From contig OY782391.1 of assembly GCA_963677745.1 (NCBI GenBank), positions 608,001 through 672,000 on the forward strand: a stretch of 64,000 nt of DNA, read 5' to 3'. Both the position numbers and the translations under genes were made by a program. Positions 18,221-27,179 of this stretch are shown here, in pieces (the first letter of the stretch is position 1; each line of letters opens with the position of its first letter). This stretch comes from Candidatus Altimarinota bacterium. Its GTDB lineage: Bacteria > Patescibacteriota > Gracilibacteria > UBA1369. The notes beneath the pieces were generated by a model. It saw only the letters and a program-made list of their open reading frames with translations, was not told where the DNA came from and ran no database searches.

Positions 18221-18562
18221 CTACCCGAAAAACCGCTCCACATACATCACAATCTGGGGTAAATCCTCCTTTTTCGCCCAACCTTTCTCCACCAGCTCAC
18301 CGGTAGTTTCGCCCCGCACAAAAGCAGCCCGGTCCGACGCCAGCAGCAGCTGCCCCGGAACAACTTCTTTCTCGGGCGCAAAGACCCTCACCAGGAAGTC
18401 ATTTTCCTGACTTCCCCGGTCAACCCGGAGCAGACTCAGGGTTCGCTCCTGTTCATAAGGTACGAGTGAATGACCCACTTCCCGCAGCTGGCGAACCTGA
18501 TCGCGCACCGCCAAGAAAATCGAGGTTTCGGGAATATCTTGCCCAATCAATCTCTCAATCAT
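18221..18562 (-). CDS. Hypothetical protein (113 aa)
   Basis: GGAGG SD precedes ATG 18562 (MIERLIGQ...), favoured over the longer track start. Confidence 0.6.
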   Translation of the reverse strand: MIERLIGQDIPETSIFLAVRDQVRQLREVGHSLVPYEQERTLSLLRVDRGSQENDFLVRVFAPEKEVVPGQLLLASDRAAFVRGETTGELVEKGWAKKEDLPQIVMYVERFFG

Positions 18563-18800
18563 TGTTTTCCTCCGGGTTCGGCAGACAGATCGCAAAGCAA
18601 GTTGAGCCAAAATCGGCCGGGCCGTCTCTGACACCACATCTGCTTTGATAACCGATAATTAATTCCACCTGAAATTTTTGTCAAAATATCCGGCAATTGA
18701 GCTTGGGGAAAATATGTTGTATTGTTATGCCGAACTGCAAGCTCGGGGCTTTTAACCGCCTCGCAATTGCCTCAAACAAAAATCCTCAACCTCCCCAAAC

Positions 18801-19673
18801 ATGAACAATCCCTGGATCAACTGGATTAATCCGGTAGCCCTGCAAATCGGCCCACTCGCCATCCACTGGTATGGCATCATGTATCTGATCACTTTCTTCA
18901 TCAGTTACATGTTTCTCAGATACTCCCGCGCCGGCAAAGCCCTGCCCCTGGATGACGGACAAAAGGACAATCTGCTGATTTTCGTAATTTTGGGAATTAT
19001 TCTGGGGGGAAGACTCGGCTACATTCTTTTTTATAATCTGCCTTTTTACCTCCAGCATCCCGAAAAAATGATTGCGCTCTGGGAAGGAGGCTTGTCTTTC
19101 CACGGCGGACTGATCGGCTCGGCCGTTGCCATCACGCTCTATATTCATTTCCATCACAAAAATCACCGCAAAAAAGGTACTACCTCCACCCTGCATTTCC
19201 TGCAAATCGGCGACCTCACCTGTCTGGTCGCTCCCCTTGGCCTGATGTTCGTACGCCTGGGCAATTTCATCAATGCCGAACTCTACGGACGCATCAGTCC
19301 GGGCGGCAACTGGTGCATCAACTTCCCCAGCGACCCTGCCAATTGCCGTTTCCCCTCACAGCTTTTCGAATCCGCCGGTGAAGGTCTGCTGCTGTTCCTG
19401 TTTCTCTATATTCTCACTGTCAAAACCAATATTCTCAAACACACCGGCTATCTCTCGGCCGCCTTCCTCACTCTCTACGGTCTGATCCGCACTTTTCTGG
19501 AATATTTCCGTGAACCCGACGTCCAGGTCGGTTATCTGCTCGGCGGCCCCGGTTTTCTGGCCGGCCTTTCCCTCGGCCAGCTGCTCTCACTATTAATGGC
19601 CCTCTGCGGGCTCGCCTTGCTCGCCCGCCTCTCCTCCCGTGCCAAACACACCAAAGAAGCTTCCCATTCCTGA
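18801..19673 (+). CDS. lgt: Prolipoprotein diacylglyceryl transferase
   Basis: HWYGIMY, GGRLGY, GGLSFHGG, RLGNFINAELYGR, PSQL-x-E, E-x-FREPD. Confidence 0.95.
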   Translation: MNNPWINWINPVALQIGPLAIHWYGIMYLITFFISYMFLRYSRAGKALPLDDGQKDNLLIFVILGIILGGRLGYILFYNLPFYLQHPEKMIALWEGGLSFHGGLIGSAVAITLYIHFHHKNHRKKGTTSTLHFLQIGDLTCLVAPLGLMFVRLGNFINAELYGRISPGGNWCINFPSDPANCRFPSQLFESAGEGLLLFLFLYILTVKTNILKHTGYLSAAFLTLYGLIRTFLEYFREPDVQVGYLLGGPGFLAGLSLGQLLSLLMALCGLALLARLSSRAKHTKEASHS

Positions 19674-19689
19674 AAATAACCGGCGTCTT

Positions 19690-21618
19690 TTAAGCAACCA
19701 TCGAATTCTCAACTCCCACCTCTCCTTTATCGTTAATAGCAACCGCTTTTCTGCCATTAGGTGAAGGAACATCCTCTATCTTCACGTCCTGAAGCAGGGC
19801 CATTTCAGCCGGAGTAAATCTTCTCATAGTATCAGCGATAAAATCCTGAATATTTTTGTCCACTTCCTCCGGAGGACGATGCTCCGTTGTGTTCCAACGG
19901 ATTGCCTCATCCACACGGTCTTTGATCTGTTGTTGCATCTCTTCTTTAGTCCTGACTTCATGTCTCGCCATCAGTTCGGGATGCGCAGGATCAAAAGTTC
20001 CCAAAGCCCCCTTATCGTCATCGACAGGCACAATTTTTACATTTGGTTTGTCCCCGGAATAACTTGCGTACACATTGTAACTTTCGTTTTCCTTACCGGC
20101 AAAATTACCGTTAATAACCAGTGTTTTATAAACTTTTTCTAACCCCGGATCATTGTTCCACAACTGTGGATTGGATAAATAGTTGGTAACCGTAGCTATC
20201 ATTGCATCAGTACTTGTAATAGATTCATCACCGCGTATTTGTTCAAAAGCCCTGTTAAGATCTGTGGGGCCCCTAGCCACTAACGCCTGATAATCTTTCA
20301 AGGCATCCATATACTGTTTATCCGCTCCCTCATAATTCAATTTTGCGTCAGCATAATCCTCCGCGGTAGCACCTTCCTTGTTAAAATAATCATCAGCCAT
20401 TTTTTCCGTATTTAGGCCTTTCGATTTAACATAACTTACAACAACATCCGGCAAAGGTTTAATCTTTGTATTCCAGTTTGCCCACATTTTATCTTTCTGC
20501 TCCTGAGCTTCTTTCTTAGCCACCTCCAATTCGTTTGTTTCCCTATTTGAGTTCATCTCGCTCAATGATTGTCTGAATAAATCCGCGGCTTTTTGAAACA
20601 ACTTGGTCGCCTCGGCATAAGTCGGTTTATCAGTTCTTCCGCTTTTGGAAACAGCTTCTTTGAAAGTCTGAACAGCCTGATTATAAAATGTCTTGGCCGG
20701 CCCTTCCTTTGCCGCAACCGCTTGATCCATAATACTGGCAGCATTAAATTCAAGTCTCAAGTCAGGATTGTCCACGGGAAACTGGCTCCAGACTCCTCTG
20801 GCTTCCTGTTCAGCCGTGACCATTGTCATATATTCTTTGGCTCCAGCTTCATGCGGTGATCCTTTCTCGGCTCCGGCCAAGTTCTTTCTGGCAAAATCCA
20901 TGCGTTCCAAAGCGGCCTTTTCATCTGCATTCATCACCGGTAATTCATCTTCTCCTTCCGCCCTTGAACCCGCCTTCGCGTCCTTGTTCTGTTGCAGCCA
21001 CTGCATACCCAGATCAATCTTGGCATTGTAAGCAGCTGTATACGCTTGTGCTTTTGCAGAATCCACACCTGGAAAGCCTTCGCTGACCGCCCTCTGCATT
21101 TCGGAGACATCTGCCATCACCCTTCGGACATTGGTGGGATCACTGACCGTTAATAATCCTTCCACCATCTTACCACCTTGTTCCCATCCCACATTTTTTC
21201 TGGTTTCATAAAAACTTTCCGCTTTCTGTGAAACCGCTTCAGCCTTTGTAACCAGATCCTGTCCAAGCTGCATTTCTGCAGGTAGTTTGGTGTTTTCCTG
21301 TTTTATTTGCGAAAGCTCCTGGTTGGCATGCAAAAAATCTTTTTCCGGATCAACCTGAGACAATCTGGTATTTAACTGCGTCCTCAAAGTTATATCCTGT
21401 ACCGCTTTTTCAAATCTGGCTCTGGCAGCTTCAATAGCAGCCTGCGCTCTTTCGAAATTCGCTTTGCCCTCTGCATCATCATCATGGGGTTTTTGTTTTT
21501 CCAGCTTGCCTTTCGCTATTGCCATTATTGATTCGGCATTCATCGGGCCCTCAATTGACTGAGCCTGCTTGATTGATTCGGTGATTATTTGTTCAGTATT
21601 GATTGTTTCCGGACTCAT
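19690..21618 (-). CDS. Large helical/coiled-coil hypothetical protein (642 aa), no signal peptide
   Basis: Long ORF, Ala/Glu/Lys-rich heptads, last gene of a four-gene minus-strand run. Confidence 0.8.
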   Translation of the reverse strand: MSPETINTEQIITESIKQAQSIEGPMNAESIMAIAKGKLEKQKPHDDDAEGKANFERAQAAIEAARARFEKAVQDITLRTQLNTRLSQVDPEKDFLHANQELSQIKQENTKLPAEMQLGQDLVTKAEAVSQKAESFYETRKNVGWEQGGKMVEGLLTVSDPTNVRRVMADVSEMQRAVSEGFPGVDSAKAQAYTAAYNAKIDLGMQWLQQNKDAKAGSRAEGEDELPVMNADEKAALERMDFARKNLAGAEKGSPHEAGAKEYMTMVTAEQEARGVWSQFPVDNPDLRLEFNAASIMDQAVAAKEGPAKTFYNQAVQTFKEAVSKSGRTDKPTYAEATKLFQKAADLFRQSLSEMNSNRETNELEVAKKEAQEQKDKMWANWNTKIKPLPDVVVSYVKSKGLNTEKMADDYFNKEGATAEDYADAKLNYEGADKQYMDALKDYQALVARGPTDLNRAFEQIRGDESITSTDAMIATVTNYLSNPQLWNNDPGLEKVYKTLVINGNFAGKENESYNVYASYSGDKPNVKIVPVDDDKGALGTFDPAHPELMARHEVRTKEEMQQQIKDRVDEAIRWNTTEHRPPEEVDKNIQDFIADTMRRFTPAEMALLQDVKIEDVPSPNGRKAVAINDKGEVGVENSMVA

Positions 21619-21628
21619 AAGGATATGT

Positions 21629-21934
21629 TTACAGGTTTTTAAGTAGTTTTTCCGCTTTTACTATTTCTTTTTTATGGGTAGAGGTTTCAGCCGCGACCAG
21701 CCTTCTCTTTTTGCCCTTCTGGACATTAATTTTATAATCGCCCACCACCTGTTCGGTCTCGCTCTGAAAACTTTGGAAGGCCTTGGCAATCATTGTTTTC
21801 TCCTCCTGAAACATCTGAATATATTTTTCCATCTGCAGTCCCGTGGCAGCTAAAACTGCTGCCTGCATCCCCGCAGACATATCCTTGAAAGACAATGCAC
21901 CCTTCACCAATTTTTCATATTCTTCTCTCGTCAT
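21629..21934 (-). CDS. Small helical protein (101 aa), paralog of 24298-24648
   Basis: Shares Y-x-KL, Q-x-E, F-x3-T-x-Q and E-x4-E-x-(L/I)L-x2-L with the paralog. Confidence 0.75.
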   Translation of the reverse strand: MTREEYEKLVKGALSFKDMSAGMQAAVLAATGLQMEKYIQMFQEEKTMIAKAFQSFQSETEQVVGDYKINVQKGKKRRLVAAETSTHKKEIVKAEKLLKNL

Positions 21935-21965
21935 TTATTTGTTTAAATTTTGTGTAAAAACAGTA

Positions 21966-24275
21966 TTAGGCAGTCAGATTCGGCGGATAGGCGCTCACAT
22001 CGGTCTTCTTTTTATCCTTGTCCTCCCTGACTTCAACCAGCACCTGCTCCTTACCTCTCTTGGCCACATAAAACCCTGGTTCCTTGGGAACCGCCGAAGT
22101 GTTTTTAGCCCACTCGGTGTACCAGCCCGGAGTGTTTTCAGGTTTATAAGGATCCTTGGCAAAGTTATTCGGTCTGTCTTTCTGTTTTTCGGCCTGTACC
22201 GCCGGAGCTTCAGCCGGTTTGGCGGCTGGAGCAGGCGCAGCATATTCACCGCCGCCTCCGCCTCCACCCTGGGGAAGCTTCTTGTTTACTTCCGCCAGCT
22301 TGGCGGTTGCCTCTTGCGCGGCTTGTACCGCTTTATCGATATCGGCAATTTTTTCCACTGCGGATTTTATTTCACTTGGACTGGTGGCCGCAATCGGTGT
22401 CCCGTAGACGTCCGGAATTTGCGGTAAATCAGCGGTTTTCTTACCGCCTTTATCCTTTGCCTTGGCCGCAGCCAATTCAGTCTGATATTTTTGTACAACC
22501 TCAATCTTTTTATTCATCATGTCCTTGGCCACCTTGGCTTTCTCCATCAGTGTCGGTGCATTTTCACCGCTCTTTAATTCCGTCTCCAGTTGGGCCTTAG
22601 CCGCCTGAAACTCTGGCAAAGACGCTTTGGCATTTCCCAGAGCATCCATGCTGGCTTTATAAGGAAACTCCACTCCAAAATAAGTGGAAAGTTCAGATAG
22701 TTTTTTCATTTCAGGGCTGGAACTGACCCGTGCTACTTCGGTTGCCCGATAGGTCGATTCTGCAACTTTTATCAAACCCTCCAAAGCTTTCTGGTTTTTC
22801 TCCATCTCAGCCGGAGTTTTGCAATTTTCCGCAACAAATTTTTCAATATTCGGATCAGGCTTGCCTGTGGCAGCCACCAATTGTTTATAACCTCCCAATA
22901 CATTCTGGAAATTGGCTACCTTATTGGCATCTTCCAAAGCCATAAACATACCGGCAGCTTTGGTCAGATCGGCTTCTGTATTAAGAATTTCAGCCAGGCT
23001 GGATCCCGCGCCAATCAACGCAAACGGGGGAAACAGAATACCGGCACCAGTTGCCATCCCGACAGCTCCAATATCCATTCCCAAATCCTGAAGCGCCCTC
23101 GTATATTTTGAAGTCATTTCCCCCTCGTCAGCTGCGCCAGAACTTTTCAGCATGGCATACATCTGGGCCACCTTCTGTACCGCCTGTTCACGTTGCGCGG
23201 GAGAAGCTTTGGCAAGTTCGCCTAAAAGCATTCCCCTCAACTGGGAAGGGACCTTCTGATCACACATAATTGAGTCAATGGTTCCCGAAACCTTATCCGA
23301 TAAAGCCAATTGTCTGGCGTCACGATTGGACACATCATATCCCATCGATTGCATAATCTGTAATTTGATATCCGACGCTTTTACACCGTTATCTTCCAAT
23401 ATACCTCCACTGTCGGATTCCCTCTGTGATAGACCTGACATAAACTTTCTGGCAGTACTTTCCATATCATGTTCTTTGCCTTTCTCGTGCAAACGGGCAA
23501 CTATACCCATGGTTAAATCCTCCACTTCCTGATCACCCATAGTCACGTTGACTTTTTCACCATTGACCATCACCCCGTTCATCTCGGACTTCAGATAATC
23601 ATTAACTAGACCAGAGCTGTAATTTGCTTTGACATAATCGGCATCCGCCAGATCCTCGGCAAAATCAGCGGCTTCCCTGGCTTCATTCATGTCTGCACTG
23701 TCCATTCCTGCTTCAACGGAAGCAGTAACCTTATCTTTGACCACTTTGGTTGCCTCATCCTTGGCTTTGAAAGCAGCCTCCACCTGATCGGCTGTCACCT
23801 TGGCCAAAGTATTCATTCTGACTTCCAGGGCTGTCTGTTCGGCCTTCAAGGTATTTCTCTTAGCCTCATTGTCGGATTTGATCTGTTCACGCTTGGCATC
23901 ATTATCTTTGTTGGCCTTGACCTTGTCATCCCATTCCTTCCATTCCTTGGATTTCTTGTTCTTGGGCTCCTGGCCGGGATCAACATTCTTGGCAACAGCG
24001 TCTATGGCCGTCTTTTCATCCTTATCAATTTTATCGGTTTCTTCTTTGATTTTGCCTTTTACCTCCTGTATTGCGGCATTACGCTGGCCCTCAAGCTCTG
24101 TCCTGGCAGCTCCCGGACCGCTTTTCCAGCGTTCCAAATTACCGGCCTGGGCAGCGGTTTCCTGAAGCTTCTTATAAGCTTCGGAAGCCCCGACGTCGAA
24201 AGCGAAAATTGCTCTGGACTGGACTATCCCTGCCTGATCTGTTCCGTTTAACGTTTTGTTTTTGAGTAATAACAT
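21966..24275 (-). CDS. Large coiled-coil protein (769 aa) with an internal Gly/Ala-rich hydrophobic segment
   Basis: Coiled-coil stretches; LGMDIGAVGMATGAGILFPPFALIGAG; Gly/Pro/Ala linker and small C-terminal domain; no Sec signal. Confidence 0.8.
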   Translation of the reverse strand: MLLLKNKTLNGTDQAGIVQSRAIFAFDVGASEAYKKLQETAAQAGNLERWKSGPGAARTELEGQRNAAIQEVKGKIKEETDKIDKDEKTAIDAVAKNVDPGQEPKNKKSKEWKEWDDKVKANKDNDAKREQIKSDNEAKRNTLKAEQTALEVRMNTLAKVTADQVEAAFKAKDEATKVVKDKVTASVEAGMDSADMNEAREAADFAEDLADADYVKANYSSGLVNDYLKSEMNGVMVNGEKVNVTMGDQEVEDLTMGIVARLHEKGKEHDMESTARKFMSGLSQRESDSGGILEDNGVKASDIKLQIMQSMGYDVSNRDARQLALSDKVSGTIDSIMCDQKVPSQLRGMLLGELAKASPAQREQAVQKVAQMYAMLKSSGAADEGEMTSKYTRALQDLGMDIGAVGMATGAGILFPPFALIGAGSSLAEILNTEADLTKAAGMFMALEDANKVANFQNVLGGYKQLVAATGKPDPNIEKFVAENCKTPAEMEKNQKALEGLIKVAESTYRATEVARVSSSPEMKKLSELSTYFGVEFPYKASMDALGNAKASLPEFQAAKAQLETELKSGENAPTLMEKAKVAKDMMNKKIEVVQKYQTELAAAKAKDKGGKKTADLPQIPDVYGTPIAATSPSEIKSAVEKIADIDKAVQAAQEATAKLAEVNKKLPQGGGGGGGEYAAPAPAAKPAEAPAVQAEKQKDRPNNFAKDPYKPENTPGWYTEWAKNTSAVPKEPGFYVAKRGKEQVLVEVREDKDKKKTDVSAYPPNLTA

Positions 24276-24297
24276 ATGAAAATTATTAATGTTTTTA

Positions 24298-24648
24298 TTA
24301 TTTATTTAATGATTGCAGAATGGCCTCCGTTTCTGCCGTTTCTTCACCTGCCGCCGCCACACGGTTTTTGGAAACCTTCATCTTTTTATAGGCATTCTTG
24401 GTTTTGGCCATTTCTGTCTCAAATCTGTCCATAATCTGAGCGGTAACCTTCTCGAAACGGTCAGTAATCTGATTCATCTGTTCTGCTTCGTCCTGCAATA
24501 CTGCATAAGTGGTTTCCAGGAACTTGTCGTTGCCGCCATAAACCAGCTGCATCAAGGCATAAAGCTTTGCCGGTCCCATAGCGCTTACTGCCGGGGAGGA
24601 AAAGAGCAGCTTCAGGTACTTTTTTGTATCAACTTTTTGATTTGTCAT
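24298..24648 (-). CDS. Small helical protein (116 aa), paralog of 21629-21934
   Basis: ATG at 24648 (MTNQKV...); aligns by eye with the 101-aa protein. Confidence 0.75.
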   Translation of the reverse strand: MTNQKVDTKKYLKLLFSSPAVSAMGPAKLYALMQLVYGGNDKFLETTYAVLQDEAEQMNQITDRFEKVTAQIMDRFETEMAKTKNAYKKMKVSKNRVAAAGEETAETEAILQSLNK

Positions 24649-24793
24649 ATTGATTTGATTAAATCCTTTAATTTTAGCACAAACCGCTGTGTTTTTCAAT
24701 AAACTCTGTCCCCTGTCGCCTTGATTCCATTTTCATTGGAAAAAAACCGATTAATTTGTTATAATAAACAGATAATCTAATCGAAAAAGGTTC

Positions 24794-26038
24794 ATGGGCG
24801 CACTAGACATATTAGGGGGAATTCCGGGACTGCTCTCCGGCGCGGCAGAAAAAGGAAAGGAGATGCTCCCCGGTCTCAAAGACATTGCTGAAAAAGCCAA
24901 AGACGCCAGAGGCGGTTTTTTCGGAGAGGTGTCGAAGTCCCTTATGTTGCGGCAATGCCCCACTCTGGCTGCCGTCACCGATATTGGAGCCGTGCTCACC
25001 GGACAAAAAACCGAGCAAAAAGTCCCCTGGCAAAACATTTTCGAGACCGTCACGGCTGTTGCGATGTTTGTACCTGATGAATGGAAACACAAAGTCACCG
25101 ATATATTGGCCAATTCGAGTATTTTCCGCACCATCGTGGAATATTGGCCCGGCCTTGATGGAATAGACCTGGGTGGTATCCCGATGGTTGGACAGTATAT
25201 ACCCGACGCCATCGGCAAGGGAGGCAACCTCCGCAAACGGGTATTGGAGGACAAGGACCCCACCGCTGTCATCGGCGCACTGCGCGTCATACATCAGGAT
25301 TTCTTTGTTACCGGTAAAGTCACCTACGACAAGCTCAAAGAACTGTTGGGCGGAAACGGCATGGCGGCAGGCATCCTGGCCTTGTTTGGAGCAGGAGCCC
25401 TGGCCGCAGGAGCAAAAGCTTTGGAAGGAGGAGGAGTCAGAGGCGCGGGAGGTACAGAAGGAGCGGGAAACGGGGGTAAAAGCAGTTCCGAAAGTAAAAC
25501 GGTTGAAGCCGTTGCTGCAGCCGCCACAGGCACCGGTGCCCTCAAAGGAAAAAAACTTCTGGATCTGCAAAAACAAAACCCCGCGGAACAGCAAACCACC
25601 ATGCAAAAAAACCTGCTGGCAGTTATAGAAGCCCTGGGTGTCTCCGAAAGTGCCGTACTGGTAAAAGGCGACTGGTCGGGAAATAACAATGAATGTACTG
25701 TCGGCTTTGTTTATGGAAACGGAGTATACTTTATGACTTTCGACGACGACTACACCGGCAGCGACATTTCCGTCCGGAATGCCAATGGCGCCACCGTCTA
25801 TGATAAAACCGACTGGAACGGCATCGATGCCGACCAGGATGCCAAAGAAATTATAGAGGGCATCAACAAAAACCCCTCCCCCGATCTCAACGCCGGTAGA
25901 GGCGGAGCCGGAGGCTCGGGACCCGGAGCCGGATCAGCCCCAGCCGAAACACCGGCCACCTCTGCTCCAACTGAAGCTCCCGACCACATGACACCCGATC
26001 GTCCCTCACTGCCATCCGAATCCCCTTCCAACAAATAA
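24794..26038 (+). CDS. Hypothetical protein (414 aa) with amphipathic N-terminus, Gly-zipper segment and low-complexity tail
   Basis: GMAAGILALFGAGALAAGAKAL; Gly/Pro/Ser-rich linkers; divergent from the previous operon. Confidence 0.75.
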   Translation: MGALDILGGIPGLLSGAAEKGKEMLPGLKDIAEKAKDARGGFFGEVSKSLMLRQCPTLAAVTDIGAVLTGQKTEQKVPWQNIFETVTAVAMFVPDEWKHKVTDILANSSIFRTIVEYWPGLDGIDLGGIPMVGQYIPDAIGKGGNLRKRVLEDKDPTAVIGALRVIHQDFFVTGKVTYDKLKELLGGNGMAAGILALFGAGALAAGAKALEGGGVRGAGGTEGAGNGGKSSSESKTVEAVAAAATGTGALKGKKLLDLQKQNPAEQQTTMQKNLLAVIEALGVSESAVLVKGDWSGNNNECTVGFVYGNGVYFMTFDDDYTGSDISVRNANGATVYDKTDWNGIDADQDAKEIIEGINKNPSPDLNAGRGGAGGSGPGAGSAPAETPATSAPTEAPDHMTPDRPSLPSESPSNK

Positions 26039-26057
26039 ACTAATTGCCAAATAATTT

Positions 26058-26309
26058 ATGCCGGATTCAACAAACAACCCACAACCTGCCACGGAAAATA
26101 ATGACGAACTGATTCGGGAAATCCTGGAAATGATGACAGTTTCTACTATGAAGGACGACGAAAGAACCATGTGGACTGTCATGCTACCCAGCCTGCTCAA
26201 ACCCGAACTGGAAAAATTTAAAGCCGTTCTGGAACAGGAACTCTCCCAGTTGGCCGAAGTCTATCTGCAAGCCAGACAAAACAAAACACCTCCTAACGCC
26301 GCCTCATGA
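26058..26309 (+). CDS. Small helical protein (83 aa)
   Basis: AVLEQELSQL resembles AVLQDEAEQM of the 116-aa protein; ATGA-coupled to the next gene. Confidence 0.7.
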   Translation: MPDSTNNPQPATENNDELIREILEMMTVSTMKDDERTMWTVMLPSLLKPELEKFKAVLEQELSQLAEVYLQARQNKTPPNAAS

Positions 26310-26599
26310 ATATCTTGGAAACGGCAGAGGAATACTACGCCAAGTCACCCCTGCCCCAAATACAGGACAAAAGAAGAAAACTGCATACCAAAGAGCTGCT
26401 TTTAATAATTGAGACGGCCCCTTTTCTGAGCGCCGGCGAAAAGAATCAGATGAGCAGACTAATCTCCCTCTACCCCACTAATGTCATCAAAAACATTAAA
26501 CGCAGCCTGATCCAACAGGGACTGATCTTCCTGCGCAGCAACCCCTATCAACAGGAAAATATCCAGGATTGGCTCAACAAAGTTGGCACCAATCCGTAA
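26306..26599 (+). CDS. Small helical protein (97 aa)
   Basis: Coupled start/stop; LLIIETAPFLS-x2-EK pattern. Confidence 0.65.
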   Translation: MNILETAEEYYAKSPLPQIQDKRRKLHTKELLLIIETAPFLSAGEKNQMSRLISLYPTNVIKNIKRSLIQQGLIFLRSNPYQQENIQDWLNKVGTNP

Positions 26600-26603
26600 T
26601 TTT

Positions 26604-27011
26604 CTATTTGCTCAAGGCGTCTTTGCTTACCTTCTCATGTTTCATGAAGATTTTCACGAACAGGAAAAACAGCAGGGCGACCACCAGAAAATTAATGAAG
26701 GCATTCAGCACGATCCCCACCTGAAAAACCACCGGACCCACGGGGAAAATCAGAGACTTGATGGAATCGGAAGGTATTAACAGCTGCAAAGCCGGAGTGA
26801 TAATTCCCCCGACAATTGAGGCAGTCAAAGCTGTCACGGCACTGCCGATCACCAGACCGGCGGCAATGCCCAGAATTTTGTATTCCTTCAGAAAATCTCT
26901 AAACTCATTCATGAAACCATGCGCCTTTTTCGCCTTTTTTTTCAATAAACTTTCTTTTTTCTCAGTTTTGTCCAATACCGCACTGACAACTGCTGTGTTT
27001 TTGATATTCAT
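26604..27011 (-). CDS. mscL: Large-conductance mechanosensitive channel MscL family
   Basis: EF..FL....GIAAGLVIG-x-A-x-T..V..II-x-P...G..LNA-x-INF. Confidence 0.85.
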   Translation of the reverse strand: MNIKNTAVVSAVLDKTEKKESLLKKKAKKAHGFMNEFRDFLKEYKILGIAAGLVIGSAVTALTASIVGGIITPALQLLIPSDSIKSLIFPVGPVVFQVGIVLNAFINFLVVALLFFLFVKIFMKHEKVSKDALSK

Positions 27012-27042
27012 ATTTAATAAGAAATGACCGGACAACTATAAC

Positions 27043-27058
27043 ATCCCCGGCCGGGGAT
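27043..27058. promoter_or_regulatory. Perfect 16-bp palindrome upstream of mscL
   Basis: ATCCCCGGCCGGGGAT, adjacent to a minus-strand TGn-TATAGT -10 element. Confidence 0.45.
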
Positions 27059-27179
27059 TTTAAGAAAATAATATTTTCAGATAAGAACAAATTGTTGTAA
27101 TCCCCTCCCGGATTCTTTCCACTGGCTTTGGAACAACAGTCTCTCTGATGGTATAATGATATGATCATTTTACCTTTTT

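Noticed and set aside
19690-24648. Prophage tail/tape-measure module or canonical WXG100 locus
   Set aside because: No terminase, capsid or baseplate genes, no W-x-G motif, and no FtsK-type ATPase in the window.
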